DNA from: Candidatus Parcubacteria bacterium
GTDB taxonomy: Bacteria > Patescibacteriota > Patescibacteriia > Patescibacteriales > UBA12075
Direction of reading: 5' to 3'
Assembly: GCA_023132155.1 (NCBI GenBank)
Contig: JAGLYP010000023.1
Location: 11,504-75,503, forward strand
DNA: 64,000 bases
This document shows positions 40,452 through 52,081 of the stretch, in pieces (position 1 is the stretch's first letter; every line of letters begins with the position of its first letter). A model generated the notes under the pieces. It saw nothing but the letters and a program-made list of their open reading frames with translations, did no database searches and had not been told where the DNA came from. The position numbers and the translations under genes were made by a program.

Positions 40452-42131
40452 ATGACAACATTTAAAGAACTTGGCCTGAATCCTGAAATAATGAAGAGCC
40501 TTGACGATTTAGGGTTTACAAATCCTTACCCTATCCAGAGACAGGTTATCCCGTTTATATTAAAATCAAAAAAGGATTTAATCGCTTTAGCGCAAACCGG
40601 AACAGGAAAAACGGCGGCTTTCGGTTTGCCGATTTTAAATCAGATGAAGGCAAATGAAAAGGATTTGTTTGCTATAATTCTTTGCCCGACAAGGGAATTG
40701 TGCCTTCAGATTTCACAAGATATAAAAAAATTCGCCAAATATTCAAAAGGAATTACAGTTACCGCGGTTTACGGCGGAGAAAAAATTGATTTTCAAATTA
40801 AATCGTTAAGAAGGGGAACCAATATTGTTGTGGGCACTCCCGGACGCGTTCATGATTTAATCAGAAGAAAAGTTTTAAAACTTCAATCTATCAAGCGGCT
40901 GGTTTTGGACGAGGCCGATGAAATGCTTGATATGGGATTTAAAGATGACTTGGATGCCATTTTAAATGAAACTCCGAAAACAAGACAGACTTTGCTTTTT
41001 TCGGCAACCATCTCCGCGAGAGTTCGTTCAATCGCCAGGCAGTATATGAATGAAGCCCAAGAGATAAGCGCGGGAGAGAAAAATATCGGAGCGGAGAAAG
41101 TAACCCATGAATATTATGTAGTCCAGGCCAGGGATCGTTTTGAGGCTTTAAAAAGAATTTTGGATTATTTGCCTGGAGTTTACGGCATTCTTTTTTGTCG
41201 GACAAGAAGAGAAACTCAAGAAATATCCGACAAGCTAAAGCAGGCCAATTATGACACGGAAGCTCTGCACGGCGATATTTCGCAAGGCATGCGGACAAAA
41301 ATTATGGATAGATTTAAACGCAAGCAGATTTGTTTGCTGGTTGCGACAGACGTGGCGGCAAGAGGAATAGATGTGAGCAATCTAACTCACGTTATAAATT
41401 ACAATCTTCCCGGCCAAAACGAAGCCTATACGCACAGAAGCGGAAGAACCGGAAGAGCCCGGAAGAGCGGGGTTTCTATTTCTATTCTGGGTCAGAGAGA
41501 GATAAGAAGAATTAAAGAGCTGGAGGGCGCTATAGGCAAGAAATTTGAATATAAAAAAGTTCCAAACGGAGAAGAAATTTGCCAAAAGCAGATTGATAAT
41601 TTTTTGAAAGAAATGGAAGAAACAGATATTAAAGAAACCGGCAATGAACAATATTTTCAAAAATTCGCGAAAAGGCTGGAAAAAATAAATAAAGAAGATT
41701 TAATAAAGCTGTTTTTAAGCCATAAATTCAGCCGTATTTTAGATGATTACAAAAATGCCCGCGACTTGAATGCCAAGGCCAAGCCTTCCCGAGAAAGAAG
41801 AGGAGGCGGAGATGATATTAGTTTGAAGATTAATTTTGGCAGAAAACACGGATTTGATATTAAAGGGCTTTTCGCGTTGGTTAATTCAAATAAAAATTTA
41901 AAAGGCGTTGAAATCGGAAAGATAAATTTAATGCCCGAGTATTCAATTTTTTCAGTTGATAAAAAACGCGCGGACAATGTGATTAAATTTTTGAAAGGAA
42001 CAAATTTTAGAGCTAAAAAAATTGTTATAAGCAAAAGCAACGTAACGATGGCAAGCGGTTATCAAGGAAAAAAAAGAGGCGGATATAATAGAGGATTTAA
42101 GGAAAAAAGAAGAGGATTTAGAAAAAAATAG
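40452..42131 (+). CDS. DEAD-box RNA helicase (DeaD/CshA-like, DbpA-type RNA-binding domain)
   Basis: AQTGTGKT, PTREL, DEADEM, SAT, HRSGRTGR. Confidence 0.95.
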   Translation: MTTFKELGLNPEIMKSLDDLGFTNPYPIQRQVIPFILKSKKDLIALAQTGTGKTAAFGLPILNQMKANEKDLFAIILCPTRELCLQISQDIKKFAKYSKGITVTAVYGGEKIDFQIKSLRRGTNIVVGTPGRVHDLIRRKVLKLQSIKRLVLDEADEMLDMGFKDDLDAILNETPKTRQTLLFSATISARVRSIARQYMNEAQEISAGEKNIGAEKVTHEYYVVQARDRFEALKRILDYLPGVYGILFCRTRRETQEISDKLKQANYDTEALHGDISQGMRTKIMDRFKRKQICLLVATDVAARGIDVSNLTHVINYNLPGQNEAYTHRSGRTGRARKSGVSISILGQREIRRIKELEGAIGKKFEYKKVPNGEEICQKQIDNFLKEMEETDIKETGNEQYFQKFAKRLEKINKEDLIKLFLSHKFSRILDDYKNARDLNAKAKPSRERRGGGDDISLKINFGRKHGFDIKGLFALVNSNKNLKGVEIGKINLMPEYSIFSVDKKRADNVIKFLKGTNFRAKKIVISKSNVTMASGYQGKKRGGYNRGFKEKRRGFRKK

Positions 42132-42301
42132 ATAAATTGATTGAGCTTGATTTTTTATAATTTTTATGTTAAGATCGCTGAAAGCTCTTTGAGAATATAT
42201 TTTTTAAAAATCTTATATTATAAGGAGGAATAGGAGATTTTATTTACAAGACGGCATTGTTTTTTAAAAATTGTTACTGAATTTGAAAAGGAGAAAAAAT
42301 T

Positions 42302-43774
42302 ATGGCTAGAATAGCACTTGAAGAAACATATTCTTTTGATGATGTTTTATTGGTTCCGGATTATTTTGATGTATTGCCCAAAAACGTGAGTATTAATACC
42401 CGCTTGACTAAAAACCTTAGCTTAAACATTCCTATCATCAGCGCTGCCATGGATACTGTAACTGAGGCCAAAACATCAATAAGTATGGCGCGAGAGGGCG
42501 GATTGGGTTTCATACATCGAAACATGAGCATAGAAAGTCAGGTTACAGAGGTAAAAAAAGTAAAGAAATCGGAAAGCGGTATGATTATTGATCCAATTAC
42601 TGTTAATCCGGATCAGTCTGTTTCAGACGTGCTTAAGCTTATGGAGCAGTACCGTATTTCAGGGGTTCCTGTTACAGACAAAGGTTATTTGGTCGGGATT
42701 GTGACAAATAGGGATTTAAGATTTGAAATCGATATGGAGAAAAAGATTTCAGCGGTAATGACTAGTAAGAATCTTGTTACGGTATCAGAGGGAATTACTC
42801 TGGAAGATTCTAAAAAACTGCTTCATGAACACAGGATTGAAAAACTTCTGGTTGTTGACAAAAAACGTAATAGATTGCTTACGGGTATGATAACCATAAA
42901 GGATATTGAGAAAATAAAAAAATATCCTAACGCCTGCAAAGATAATAAGGGCAGATTAAGAGTCGGAGCCGCTGTTGGCGTTGGTCCTGATATGGAAGAG
43001 CGCGTAGCAGCGCTTTTAAAAGCAGGCGCTGATGTTATATTAATTGATACGGCTCACGGTCATTCAAAAAATGTTATAGATGCCGTGAAAATTTTAAAAA
43101 GTAATTTTGATGATATTGATTTGATTGCTGGCAATGTCGGTACCGCGAAAGGCGCGGATAATCTTATTAAGGCCGGAGTTGATGGAGTAAAAATCGGAAT
43201 AGGGCCGGGATCTATATGCACAACTCGCATAGTGGCGGGTGTAGGAATTCCCCAAGTTACGGCTATAATGAATTGTAAGTCCATATCAAATAAAACAGGC
43301 GTGCCTTTGATTGCCGATGGCGGTATAAAATATTCAGGCGATATTACAAAAGCTATCGGCGCGGGCGCGCATGTTGTGATGATTGGAGGACTTTTTGCCG
43401 GAGTAGAGGAAAGCCCAGGCGAGTTAATATTTTTTCAGGGACGCAGTTATAAATTATACAGAGGTATGGGATCTATTGAAGCAATGAAAAAGGGAAGCGG
43501 AGATAGGTATGGACAAATCGAAGAAGTTGAAAATAATAACAAGCTGGTTCCGGAAGGCATTGTCGGACGCGTGCCATATAAGGGTTTACTTTCCGCGAAT
43601 ATTTTTCAGCTTGTTGGAGGATTAAGGGCTGGTATGCGGTACACGGGTTGCCGGACCATTGAAGAATTAAGAGAAAAAGCCGGATTTGTTAAAATTAGCG
43701 CCGCCGGTCTGCGCGAAAGCCATGTCCATGATGTAATAATTACCAAAGAAGCGCCTAATTATAGCCTTGATTAA
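42302..43774 (+). CDS. guaB: IMP dehydrogenase
   Basis: [12 protein letters not shown] pair, [24 protein letters not shown]. Confidence 0.97.
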   Translation: MARIALEETYSFDDVLLVPDYFDVLPKNVSINTRLTKNLSLNIPIISAAMDTVTEAKTSISMAREGGLGFIHRNMSIESQVTEVKKVKKSESGMIIDPITVNPDQSVSDVLKLMEQYRISGVPVTDKGYLVGIVTNRDLRFEIDMEKKISAVMTSKNLVTVSEGITLEDSKKLLHEHRIEKLLVVDKKRNRLLTGMITIKDIEKIKKYPNACKDNKGRLRVGAAVGVGPDMEERVAALLKAGADVILIDTAHGHSKNVIDAVKILKSNFDDIDLIAGNVGTAKGADNLIKAGVDGVKIGIGPGSICTTRIVAGVGIPQVTAIMNCKSISNKTGVPLIADGGIKYSGDITKAIGAGAHVVMIGGLFAGVEESPGELIFFQGRSYKLYRGMGSIEAMKKGSGDRYGQIEEVENNNKLVPEGIVGRVPYKGLLSANIFQLVGGLRAGMRYTGCRTIEELREKAGFVKISAAGLRESHVHDVIITKEAPNYSLD

Positions 43775-43796
43775 AGACAAATGGGCGCTAAAATAT

Positions 43797-43845
43797 AAGG
43801 CGCGGTTAATACGGATTTATTCGTGTTTAACCGCGCCTTTTTCTT
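43797..43845 (+). terminator. Rho-independent terminator after guaB
   Basis: AAGGCGCGGTTAA...TTAACCGCGCCTT followed by T-run. Confidence 0.75.
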
Positions 43846-43936
43846 TTTTATCTTTTTTTTAATTGAATTATTTGATTTTTTCTTTAATATTTGCTATTTT
43901 TATAATATAAAAAAATAATCAGTTTTTTGAATTTTT

Positions 43937-45514
43937 ATGGATTATCTTAAAATCGGCAAAGCCACCGAATTGCTAGGCAAGGATTATAAATTGTACCGGG
44001 TTTTAGAAATTTTACCCGGTTTTTTGTCTTGGTCAACTATTCTTTTGCTATTAATTTTTTCGTATTTTTATCCTGTTGTCGTGGCTTTTTTTATTATCGC
44101 GTTTGATGTTTACTGGCTGCTTTTGGTTTTTTATCTTGGCATTCATTTGCTTTCGTCTTACCGAAAAACTAAAAAAAATATGAAAATTGATTGGCGAAAT
44201 AAATTGTATTCTCTTGACAGTAAAATATTAAAAAGAACTGATTTAGTCAGCGGTAAAGATATTAAAATAAAAATTAAATGGGACGATGTTATTCATTTGA
44301 TAATTTTTCCAATCGCCTGTGAAAGCCTTGAAGTAATCAGCCAGAGCGTTAAAGCGATAACGGAAACGGGCTATTTGGAAAAAAATATGATATTGGTCTT
44401 GTCAGTAGAGGAAAGGGGCGGTTCAGAGCTGAAAGCAAGAGCGGAGGCCGCAAAAAAAGAATTTGCGAAATTTTTTCGTAATTTTATCGTAACAACGCAT
44501 CCTGATGGGCTGGTAGGCGAGTTAAAAGGCAAAGGCGCTAATCAGTCTTGGGCGGCTAAAATTGTGGAAGACAATTTAATTGACAAAAACGGTTTGGATT
44601 ATGATAAAATTTTGGTAAGCGTTTTTGATATTGACACAGTTGTTTATCCTGATTATTTTCATTGTTTAACTTATAAATTTTTAACTGTAAAAAATCCGTA
44701 TAGGGCAAGCTATCAGCCGATACCGCTTTATCATAATAATGTTTGGCAAGCGTCGTTTTTCGCGCGAGTAGCGGCTTCTTCCAATACTTTTTGGCAGATG
44801 ATGCAACAGATACGGCAGGAAAAATTAGCCACTTATTCTTCTCATTCAATGACATGGCGGGCTTTGGTTGAGGCCGGATTTTGGGGAAAAACCATGGTGA
44901 GCGAGGATTCACGCATTTTTTGGCATTGTTTTTGTAATTATAACGGTGATTATCGGGTTGAGCCTTTGTATTATCCGGTGTCAATGGATGTAACCATGGA
45001 TGACACGGTCTGGCAGACCGCGAAAAATTTGTATAAACAGCAAAGGCGCTGGGGCTGGGGCGTGGAAAATATTCCGTATTTGCTTTTTAACGGGATTAAG
45101 CGCTGGCCTAAATTTAAAAAAGGAAAATTAATCAACCGTATTTTCGTACAGCTTTACGGGTTTCATTCTTGGGCGACAAACGCTTTGATTATCGGTTTTA
45201 TCGGTTGGATGCCCATGTTTTTGGGGGGTGATAGATTTAACGCCACGGTTTTATCAACAAATTTGCCTGTTGTTACCAGAGCGTTAATGACGCTTGCCAT
45301 GCTTGGTTTGGTTTTGTCAGCCATTCTTTCAACAATTTTATTGCCGAAAAAACCGAAGAAATATGGATTTTTTAAATATGCTATTATGTTCTTGCAATGG
45401 CTTGTATTGCCGTTTAGCATAGTTATTTTTGGAGCAATCCCAGGGCTTGACGCGCAGACAAGGTTGATGTTCGGCAAATATTTGGGGTTTTTTATTACGC
45501 CCAAATCCAGGTAG
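43937..45514 (+). CDS. Membrane-bound GT2 family glycosyltransferase
   Basis: GKGAN, DID, SED, QQRRW processive-GT2-like motifs, flanking TMs. Confidence 0.85.
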   Translation: MDYLKIGKATELLGKDYKLYRVLEILPGFLSWSTILLLLIFSYFYPVVVAFFIIAFDVYWLLLVFYLGIHLLSSYRKTKKNMKIDWRNKLYSLDSKILKRTDLVSGKDIKIKIKWDDVIHLIIFPIACESLEVISQSVKAITETGYLEKNMILVLSVEERGGSELKARAEAAKKEFAKFFRNFIVTTHPDGLVGELKGKGANQSWAAKIVEDNLIDKNGLDYDKILVSVFDIDTVVYPDYFHCLTYKFLTVKNPYRASYQPIPLYHNNVWQASFFARVAASSNTFWQMMQQIRQEKLATYSSHSMTWRALVEAGFWGKTMVSEDSRIFWHCFCNYNGDYRVEPLYYPVSMDVTMDDTVWQTAKNLYKQQRRWGWGVENIPYLLFNGIKRWPKFKKGKLINRIFVQLYGFHSWATNALIIGFIGWMPMFLGGDRFNATVLSTNLPVVTRALMTLAMLGLVLSAILSTILLPKKPKKYGFFKYAIMFLQWLVLPFSIVIFGAIPGLDAQTRLMFGKYLGFFITPKSR

Positions 45515-45538
45515 GAACGCGCCGCGGCGCGTTCTTGC
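45511..45538 (+). repeat. GTAG-tagged REP-like palindrome supplying the GT2 stop codon
   Basis: GTAG-GAACGCGCCGCGGCGCGTTC-TTGC between convergent genes. Confidence 0.6.
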
Positions 45539-45544
45539 GATTTT

Positions 45545-47335
45545 TTATTTTTTCCTCTTCATCCTAACCCTCTCATTCTCGCTTAAATATTTTTTTCTTA
45601 AGCGAATATTTTTCGGAGTTATTTCCAAATATTCGTCATCGCTCATAACGCCCATTCCGCGCTCAAGCGTTAATTCAATCGGCGGAGTTAAGCGGATAGC
45701 CTCGTCCGCTCCGGATGCGCGCATATTGGTGAGCTGTTTGCCTTTTGTGGGATTAACTGTTAAATCATTACCTTTGGCAACATCACCGATAACCATTCCT
45801 TCGTAAACTTCCGTAGCGGCGGGAATATACAAGTTTCCTCTATCTTGCAGGTTAAATAATGAAAAGCCAAGCGTTTTACCGGTAGCCATTGATATCATTG
45901 ATCCGACTTCGCGCTTTTCAATTTTGCCGGCGTATGGCTTAAATCCGATTACGCGCGTATAAATTATGCCTTCGCCGCGAGTGTCAACCACAAATTCATT
46001 CCTATAGCCTAAAAGTCCGCGAGTTGGAATTTCAAAAATAATTTTCGCACTGCCGTGTTCCGGCTTCATTTCCAGCATATTTCCGCGGCGCTTGGAAAGT
46101 TTTTCAATTACAACGCCGGTCATATCATCAGGCGCGATTATTGTTACTTCTTCAAATGGTTCGTGTTTTACGCCGTCAATTTCTTTGATTATTACTTGAG
46201 GCTGGGATATTTGCAGTTCATAGCTTTCGCGCCGCATATTTTCCAAAAGAATTGCTATATGCATTTCACCCCGGCCGTAAACTTTGTAATGATCTACCGC
46301 GGAAAAGTCTATTTTTAAGCCGACATTAACTTCCAGCTCTTTTTCAAGCCTTTCTTTAAGCTGGCGGTTAGTAATAAATTTGCCTTCACGGCCGGCAAAT
46401 GGCGAGCTGTTTATTAAAAAATTCAAAGAAATTGTCGGCTTGTCAATATTTATAGCCGGCAAAGGTTCTTGCTCGCTATTTTCGCAGATAGTTTCACCGA
46501 TATAAATGTTAGGCAGGCCGCTCGTCATAATAATATCGCCGGTTGCGGCTGTTTTCACTTCTTTTCTTTGCAATCCTTCAAAGGTAAAGAGTTTTGAGAT
46601 TTTTCCGGTACGCGTATTTCCTTCATTGTCTTTTATAATAACTTGGCTTCCGGCTGCTATTTTTCCTTCATATACGCGGCTGATTGCCAGCCGTCCGAGA
46701 AAATTATCATAAGCTAAATTAAAAGGCTGTACGCGAAATGGCTTGTTTCCCGCTTCTTCGCTTGAAGCGACAGGAACTTTTTCAATAATTAAATCAAGCA
46801 GGGGCGACAAATTTTTGGAATCATCATTAAGATTTTTTTTGGCAATGCCTTTTTTCGCGATCGTATAGATAATTGAAAAATTTAATTGCTCGTCATTCGC
46901 GCCTAAGTCAAGAAATAATTCATAAACCATTTCTTGCGCTTCGTCCGGCCTTGCGGCCGGCTTATCTATTTTGTTAATAACTACAATCGGCTTTAAACCG
47001 AGATCAAGCGATTTTTTTAAAACAAATTTTGTTTGCGGCATCGGACCTTCTTGCGCGTCCACTACCAAAAGCACGGAATCAATTGATCTTAATACACGCT
47101 CAACTTCCGAGCCGAAATCGGCATGTCCGGGAGTATCAACAATATTGATTTTAGTATCTTTATAATTCACGGAAGTGTTTTTTGAATAGATTGTAATCCC
47201 GCGTTCTTGCTCAAGCGCGTCCGAATCCATGCTAACCCCTTCCGCCGCCATGCCCGTTTGTTGCATCAAAGCATCGGTTAAGGTTGTCTTGCCATGATCA
47301 ACATGCGCGACAATAGCGATATTTCTTATTTCCAT
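45545..47335 (-). CDS. typA: Translational GTPase TypA/BipA
   Basis: [40 protein letters not shown]. Confidence 0.96.
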   Translation of the reverse strand: MEIRNIAIVAHVDHGKTTLTDALMQQTGMAAEGVSMDSDALEQERGITIYSKNTSVNYKDTKINIVDTPGHADFGSEVERVLRSIDSVLLVVDAQEGPMPQTKFVLKKSLDLGLKPIVVINKIDKPAARPDEAQEMVYELFLDLGANDEQLNFSIIYTIAKKGIAKKNLNDDSKNLSPLLDLIIEKVPVASSEEAGNKPFRVQPFNLAYDNFLGRLAISRVYEGKIAAGSQVIIKDNEGNTRTGKISKLFTFEGLQRKEVKTAATGDIIMTSGLPNIYIGETICENSEQEPLPAINIDKPTISLNFLINSSPFAGREGKFITNRQLKERLEKELEVNVGLKIDFSAVDHYKVYGRGEMHIAILLENMRRESYELQISQPQVIIKEIDGVKHEPFEEVTIIAPDDMTGVVIEKLSKRRGNMLEMKPEHGSAKIIFEIPTRGLLGYRNEFVVDTRGEGIIYTRVIGFKPYAGKIEKREVGSMISMATGKTLGFSLFNLQDRGNLYIPAATEVYEGMVIGDVAKGNDLTVNPTKGKQLTNMRASGADEAIRLTPPIELTLERGMGVMSDDEYLEITPKNIRLRKKYLSENERVRMKRKK

Positions 47336-47547
47336 AGTTTTTGATATAATTTGATATAAAATAAAAAACATACCCTTTTCAGTCAAGAGTATATTTTCTT
47401 GCTCTATTAAGTAAATTTACAATAGCATTTTTGGAAAAATTTGTCAAAAAAATAATTCAAAAATAGAGTAAAGAAATAAAAACGAGGCTACTAAAGTTTT
47501 TTAACCTGAGTAGCCCCTTTCACTAATAGTTGACGCAAGGATAGTTT

Positions 47548-47820
47548 TTAGGCTTTTGCAGGTGCCTTGGTTTCAATTGCTTTACTACCACCAGAACCGT
47601 AGGTCACCTTGAAAAAGTGGACGAATTTTTCGTTGAGAGGTTTTCCCTGAAAAATTCCTTCGCCCTTTTCGTATTTTAGGCACCATCCCTTAGAAAAAAA
47701 TTTTTGTGTCCATCCGCTTTGCCCATTTACTAACAAACATGTTGTTTTAACTGGTGGATTAAAACAATAGGTAGTATTTGGCACAAAGCCGCCCCTCTTC
47801 TCTTCTAGGCTAATAATCAT
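47548..47820 (-). CDS. Hypothetical protein
   Basis: 90-aa ORF with SD AGGAGG. Confidence 0.5.
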   Translation of the reverse strand: MIISLEEKRGGFVPNTTYCFNPPVKTTCLLVNGQSGWTQKFFSKGWCLKYEKGEGIFQGKPLNEKFVHFFKVTYGSGGSKAIETKAPAKA

Positions 47821-47853
47821 TTTTTCCTCCTGCTTGTTTATTTGATTAAAAAT

Positions 47854-48581
47854 TTAATCCTCAAAACACATTGAAAAGTTGGCAGCAAGCGCCTCACTAG
47901 GCTGAAGGTAAATCCCATTTTTGGTATCAAATTCATGATATGAAAGTAGAGGTTCAACGCAAAAATATTTTTGTCTCCAATCTGTCCAGACGCAGACATT
48001 GCCTCTATTGAAGCCTTCGGCGAGTTCCATTCTGACCGTACCAATTCCGTTTAATTTTATAAGAATTGTGTCAGTTGCAGGAAAAACTTTTGGTCCATAG
48101 GCTTGCTGAATGACAATATCTGAAACATCGCTATTAACAAATTTCACTTCACCGCCATCGGGGGCGTTAAAGTATGGGTGCCAGCCGAGCTCAATGGGTA
48201 TAGGAATTTTTTGGTAACTAAAAATTTGGGTATTAATCTTAAAACAATTGTCCGAAATTAGATAAGACACATCGTAATCTATGATTACACCCCAATGACA
48301 ATATTCGTAATTAAAATTACACTCTTTATCGTCGAAATAATTATGACTCCAAAAAACATTTCGGAGTTCCCCGTGTTGAGGAGCAGAAGAAAAAATTCTT
48401 TTGCCTTCAGGTGAACCGAAAATTGGCGAACAGATATGCATCCCGCCGCGCATGACTACGCCGCTATCTTTATTAATTATTTGCTGAGGGTAAAAAAGTG
48501 TTTACTTCCCTTTTGGAGCGTGCAAGTTCTTGCTCCGGTGGATGATGTTTCAATGTGCGAATCCTTATTGTGCTTGTACAT
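47854..48581 (-). pseudogene. Aldose 1-epimerase (galactose mutarotase-like) gene frameshifted in a T6 run
   Basis: SD plus ATG at 48581 (MYKHNKD...KHFF) joins FYPQQ...RGG...QHG...GWHPYF...FCVEP only if one base is added at 48492-48497. Confidence 0.7.
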
Positions 48582-48909
48582 GGCATTCTCCTTTCAAAAT
48601 AATATATTTATTTAAAAGTTAAACATAATTTTTGCCGATGATGACTTAAAAATATAGCACAAAAAATAATTTATGTCAAACAAAAAAAGTCAAAAAAAAG
48701 TCAATTTTTTGTTAAATAAAAACCAAAATAAATAAACCACCAACCACGCCACACGCACTATGTGGCGTGGTAAGGCAAGTAAAAATATGCCAAGATTAAA
48801 GCATTCGGGGTTTTATTGCGAAAAAGCCTGAAAATTCGTAAATTTTCAAAAATAACTCAAATAATTTTAATATTTTTTAAAAAGTATAATTGTATGCTAT
48901 AATATATAT

Positions 48910-49407
48910 ATGAGCAGAATAAATGAAAAAAAATATTATAATATAATTTTATTCTTTGCGAATAAGATTAAAAACGGAACTCTTGGAAAATTAAAAATGA
49001 TGAAGTTATTATACTTCCTTGATTTTGATTTTTTTGAGAAATATGGGAAATCAGTAACCGGTGATAAATATTTGCGTTGGGAAAATGGTCCTGTGCCGCG
49101 AAAAGCTGAACAAATAATAAAACAAATGAACGGTGTTGATATAAAAATATCAAAAAGAAAGGTAGGCAACGGTTATAATGACCAGCAGCACATTGAGGCT
49201 CTGAAAACTTTTGATTTAAATTTATTTTCAAAAGAAGAATTAATAATGATGGATGATATTGCCGATAAGTGGGAAAAATTTTCCGGCACTGAAATGAAAA
49301 ATGCCAGCCATGGCGAAGCTCCATGGATCGCGACAAAACCAAATGAAATAATTGATTATAATCTTGCATATTATCGCAATAAATACGGCGAAATGGATAA
49401 AGATTAA
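48910..49407 (+). CDS. Panacea (DUF4065/SocA-like) antitoxin
   Basis: KLKMMKLLYFLD, GDKYLRWENGPVP, SHGEAPW. Confidence 0.85.
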   Translation: MSRINEKKYYNIILFFANKIKNGTLGKLKMMKLLYFLDFDFFEKYGKSVTGDKYLRWENGPVPRKAEQIIKQMNGVDIKISKRKVGNGYNDQQHIEALKTFDLNLFSKEELIMMDDIADKWEKFSGTEMKNASHGEAPWIATKPNEIIDYNLAYYRNKYGEMDKD

Positions 49408-49416
49408 AAAAGCGGC

Positions 49417-49752
49417 ATGCTGATTATATATCATTGCGAAATCAACAAAGATTATAAAAATTTAAAGCGTTTTCCCGAACCAAAAAAGTCATTAGAGGCA
49501 TGGGGGCGCCTTTTTTGTTTAAAGGGATTAAGCGAGACTCCGGGCATTGAACAATACCCCGGTTTTGGCGGACGTAAAATATATAAAGCCAGAGTTGTGC
49601 CATTGAAAGAAAATTGCGGTAAATCAAAAGGATATAGATTAATTTTTCAATTATTGGGAAATGGAGATTTTGTATTTTTAGTTTTTTCAAGACACGGAAT
49701 TTATAATAGCGAGAAAGATTTAATGAATTTAATAAAAAATCGTATTTGTTAA
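49417..49752 (+). CDS. RelE/ParE-superfamily toxin candidate
   Basis: IYKARV...GKSKGYRLIF...E-K-D pattern; 9 bp after the antitoxin. Confidence 0.65.
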   Translation: MLIIYHCEINKDYKNLKRFPEPKKSLEAWGRLFCLKGLSETPGIEQYPGFGGRKIYKARVVPLKENCGKSKGYRLIFQLLGNGDFVFLVFSRHGIYNSEKDLMNLIKNRIC

Positions 49753-49761
49753 AAAAATTCT

Positions 49762-50931
49762 ATGAACATTTTTCTATTTTTAAGCGCGTGTTTTTTGTTT
49801 GTCTTTTTATTTGGGAGATTAATTGAAAAATTCAGGATTCCATGGGTTTTTTCAGCTTTGATTTTAGGGGCGATTTTCGCGGTTTATAATCCGTTTACGG
49901 CAATAACATCATCAGAAACTTTTAATTTTTTGGCGGAACTGGGCATGTACTTTTTGTTGTTTATGATTGGCCTGGAAATTGATTTGAAAAAATTTAAAAA
50001 ATCAAGCGCTTTTATTTTTAAATCCACTTTTTTTATTATTTTTTTGGAAGCGGTTTTCGGAGGTTTGTTAATTCATTTTGTTTTTGGGTATAGCTGGCTG
50101 GTTTCTCTGGTTGTATCTTTATCTTTCGCGACAGTGGGGGAGGCGATATTGATTCCGATTTTGGATGAGTTTAAAATAATTAATACCAAGCTCGGACAAA
50201 GCATAATAGGAATCGGGTTTTTTGATAATTTAATTGAATTGACAGTCTTAATCGGCGTGATTTTTTTAACCGGAACGGCGGCGTCATCCTCGCAGCTTAA
50301 TATATTTTTGGTTTTATTGTCTTTGCTGTTTTTATTTTTTTTAACTTACATAGCTTCAAAGTTTAAAAGCAAGGCGCAAAGTTTTAATCATTTTCCGGTA
50401 GAAATTGTTTTTTTATTTTCTTTGTTTTTACTTTTTCTTTTTATCGGAATCGGCGAATACGCGCACGCGACGCCGATTGCCGCTTTGCTTGCCGGAATTG
50501 CTTTAAAAACATTTATGCCCGAGGCGCGCTTATTAACGATTGAAAGTGAAATCAAAGCGCTCTGTTACGGTTTTTTTACGCCGATATTTTTTCTTTGGGT
50601 GGGATTGTCAATTGACATAAATATTTTGCTGGCAAGTCCATTGCTAATTCTTTTAGTGGTGGCTGTTTCAAAAACCGCGAAAATTTTAGGCAGCTATTTG
50701 GCAGCCAAAAAAGAGCTTGGCGCAAAGCAGTCAATCTTGCTCGGGATAGGCCTTTCAGTAAGATTCAGCACAAGCATAATAATCATTAAAATTTTATTTG
50801 ACAGCAATATAATTGACGCGAATTTGTATTCCATAATTATCGCCTCAAGCATTGTGTTTAAATTTATCGTGCCGGTTTTGTTTTCAAATTTAATTGTCAG
50901 ATGGGGAGTCGCGCCAGCCAGGGCGATTTAA
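49762..50931 (+). CDS. Cation:proton antiporter (CPA2)
   Basis: LAELGMYFLLFMIGLE, FFDN, FTPIFF, many TMs. Confidence 0.88.
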   Translation: MNIFLFLSACFLFVFLFGRLIEKFRIPWVFSALILGAIFAVYNPFTAITSSETFNFLAELGMYFLLFMIGLEIDLKKFKKSSAFIFKSTFFIIFLEAVFGGLLIHFVFGYSWLVSLVVSLSFATVGEAILIPILDEFKIINTKLGQSIIGIGFFDNLIELTVLIGVIFLTGTAASSSQLNIFLVLLSLLFLFFLTYIASKFKSKAQSFNHFPVEIVFLFSLFLLFLFIGIGEYAHATPIAALLAGIALKTFMPEARLLTIESEIKALCYGFFTPIFFLWVGLSIDINILLASPLLILLVVAVSKTAKILGSYLAAKKELGAKQSILLGIGLSVRFSTSIIIIKILFDSNIIDANLYSIIIASSIVFKFIVPVLFSNLIVRWGVAPARAI

Positions 50932-50991
50932 TTGCCGAAAGCCCGTCAATCTGCTAAAATTATATCAGTTAAAATTTTAATATAAACAATC

Positions 50992-52077
50992 ATGAAAATA
51001 GTTATCCGCGCCGGCGGCATCGGAACAAGGCTTTGGCCGATGAGCCGTAAAAACAATCCCAAGCAATTTCAAAACGTGGTAGGGGACAAAACGATGGTCC
51101 GAACAACCTACGAAAGGATTCAAGGAATTTTGAAAACCGATAAAGATGTTTTTGTTTCCATTAACAAAGATTTTATTGAAAAGGCATTGAATGAAATTCC
51201 GGAAATAAGCAAAAAGCAATTAATTATTGAAACCGATACCAGAAATACCGGTCCGGCAATGTGTTTGGAAGTGTGTTTTTTGGAGAAATTTTGCGATAAA
51301 AAAGAAGTAATCGCGTCTCTGCCGTCTGATGATTTTATTTCCGACAATTCGGCTTTTCAAAATTTGCTGGAGTCAAGCGAAAGTTTTATTTTGAATAATC
51401 CCGAATATATTTTAACGCCGGCAATCAGGCCGGACTATATTGATACCGGCTATACTTATTTTAAAGCAGGAAAAAATTTGCAAAAAAATTCCAAAGACGC
51501 GATTTATCAGGTGGCGGGCATAGCGGAAAAGCCGAATTATGAGCATTGCCAAAATCTAATCAATACCGGCGTATATTATTGCCATACCGGCATATATTTG
51601 TGGCGGCTTGAACATATAATTAATCTTTTTAAGATCCATCAAAAAGATATGTATGAAAGCTGCCGCAAAGCAGTGGATTTGACTTTGAAAAATGATTTAG
51701 AGAAGGCTGAAAAAATCTATTCTCAATTAGAAAAAATTTCCATAGAAAGCGCGATTACGGATAAAGTTGATAAAATAGCTATGAGTGTTTCTAATAAAAT
51801 CGGTTGGAGCGATTTGGGTAAATGGCGTATAATTAAAAAAATTCTTAAGCCCGAAGATGATGAAAATTTAATTAAAGGAGATGTGGTCGCGCGGGAAGCA
51901 AAAAATAATTTAGTGTATTCTTTCGTGCCGAAAAAAATCGTGGTTATTAATGATGTTGATAATTTAGCGATAATTGACACAAAAGACGTGCTATTTGTTT
52001 CTTCTTTAAAAAATTCTGTTGATGTAAAAAAAATCGTGGAGAAATTAAAAGAAGAAAACAAGGCGGAATATTTATAA
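50992..52077 (+). CDS. manC: Mannose-1-phosphate guanylyltransferase
   Basis: AGGIGTRLWPMSR..PKQF, RNTGPA, PSDD, EKP, GWSDLG. Confidence 0.85.
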   Translation: MKIVIRAGGIGTRLWPMSRKNNPKQFQNVVGDKTMVRTTYERIQGILKTDKDVFVSINKDFIEKALNEIPEISKKQLIIETDTRNTGPAMCLEVCFLEKFCDKKEVIASLPSDDFISDNSAFQNLLESSESFILNNPEYILTPAIRPDYIDTGYTYFKAGKNLQKNSKDAIYQVAGIAEKPNYEHCQNLINTGVYYCHTGIYLWRLEHIINLFKIHQKDMYESCRKAVDLTLKNDLEKAEKIYSQLEKISIESAITDKVDKIAMSVSNKIGWSDLGKWRIIKKILKPEDDENLIKGDVVAREAKNNLVYSFVPKKIVVINDVDNLAIIDTKDVLFVSSLKNSVDVKKIVEKLKEENKAEYL

Positions 52078-52081
52078 AAAA

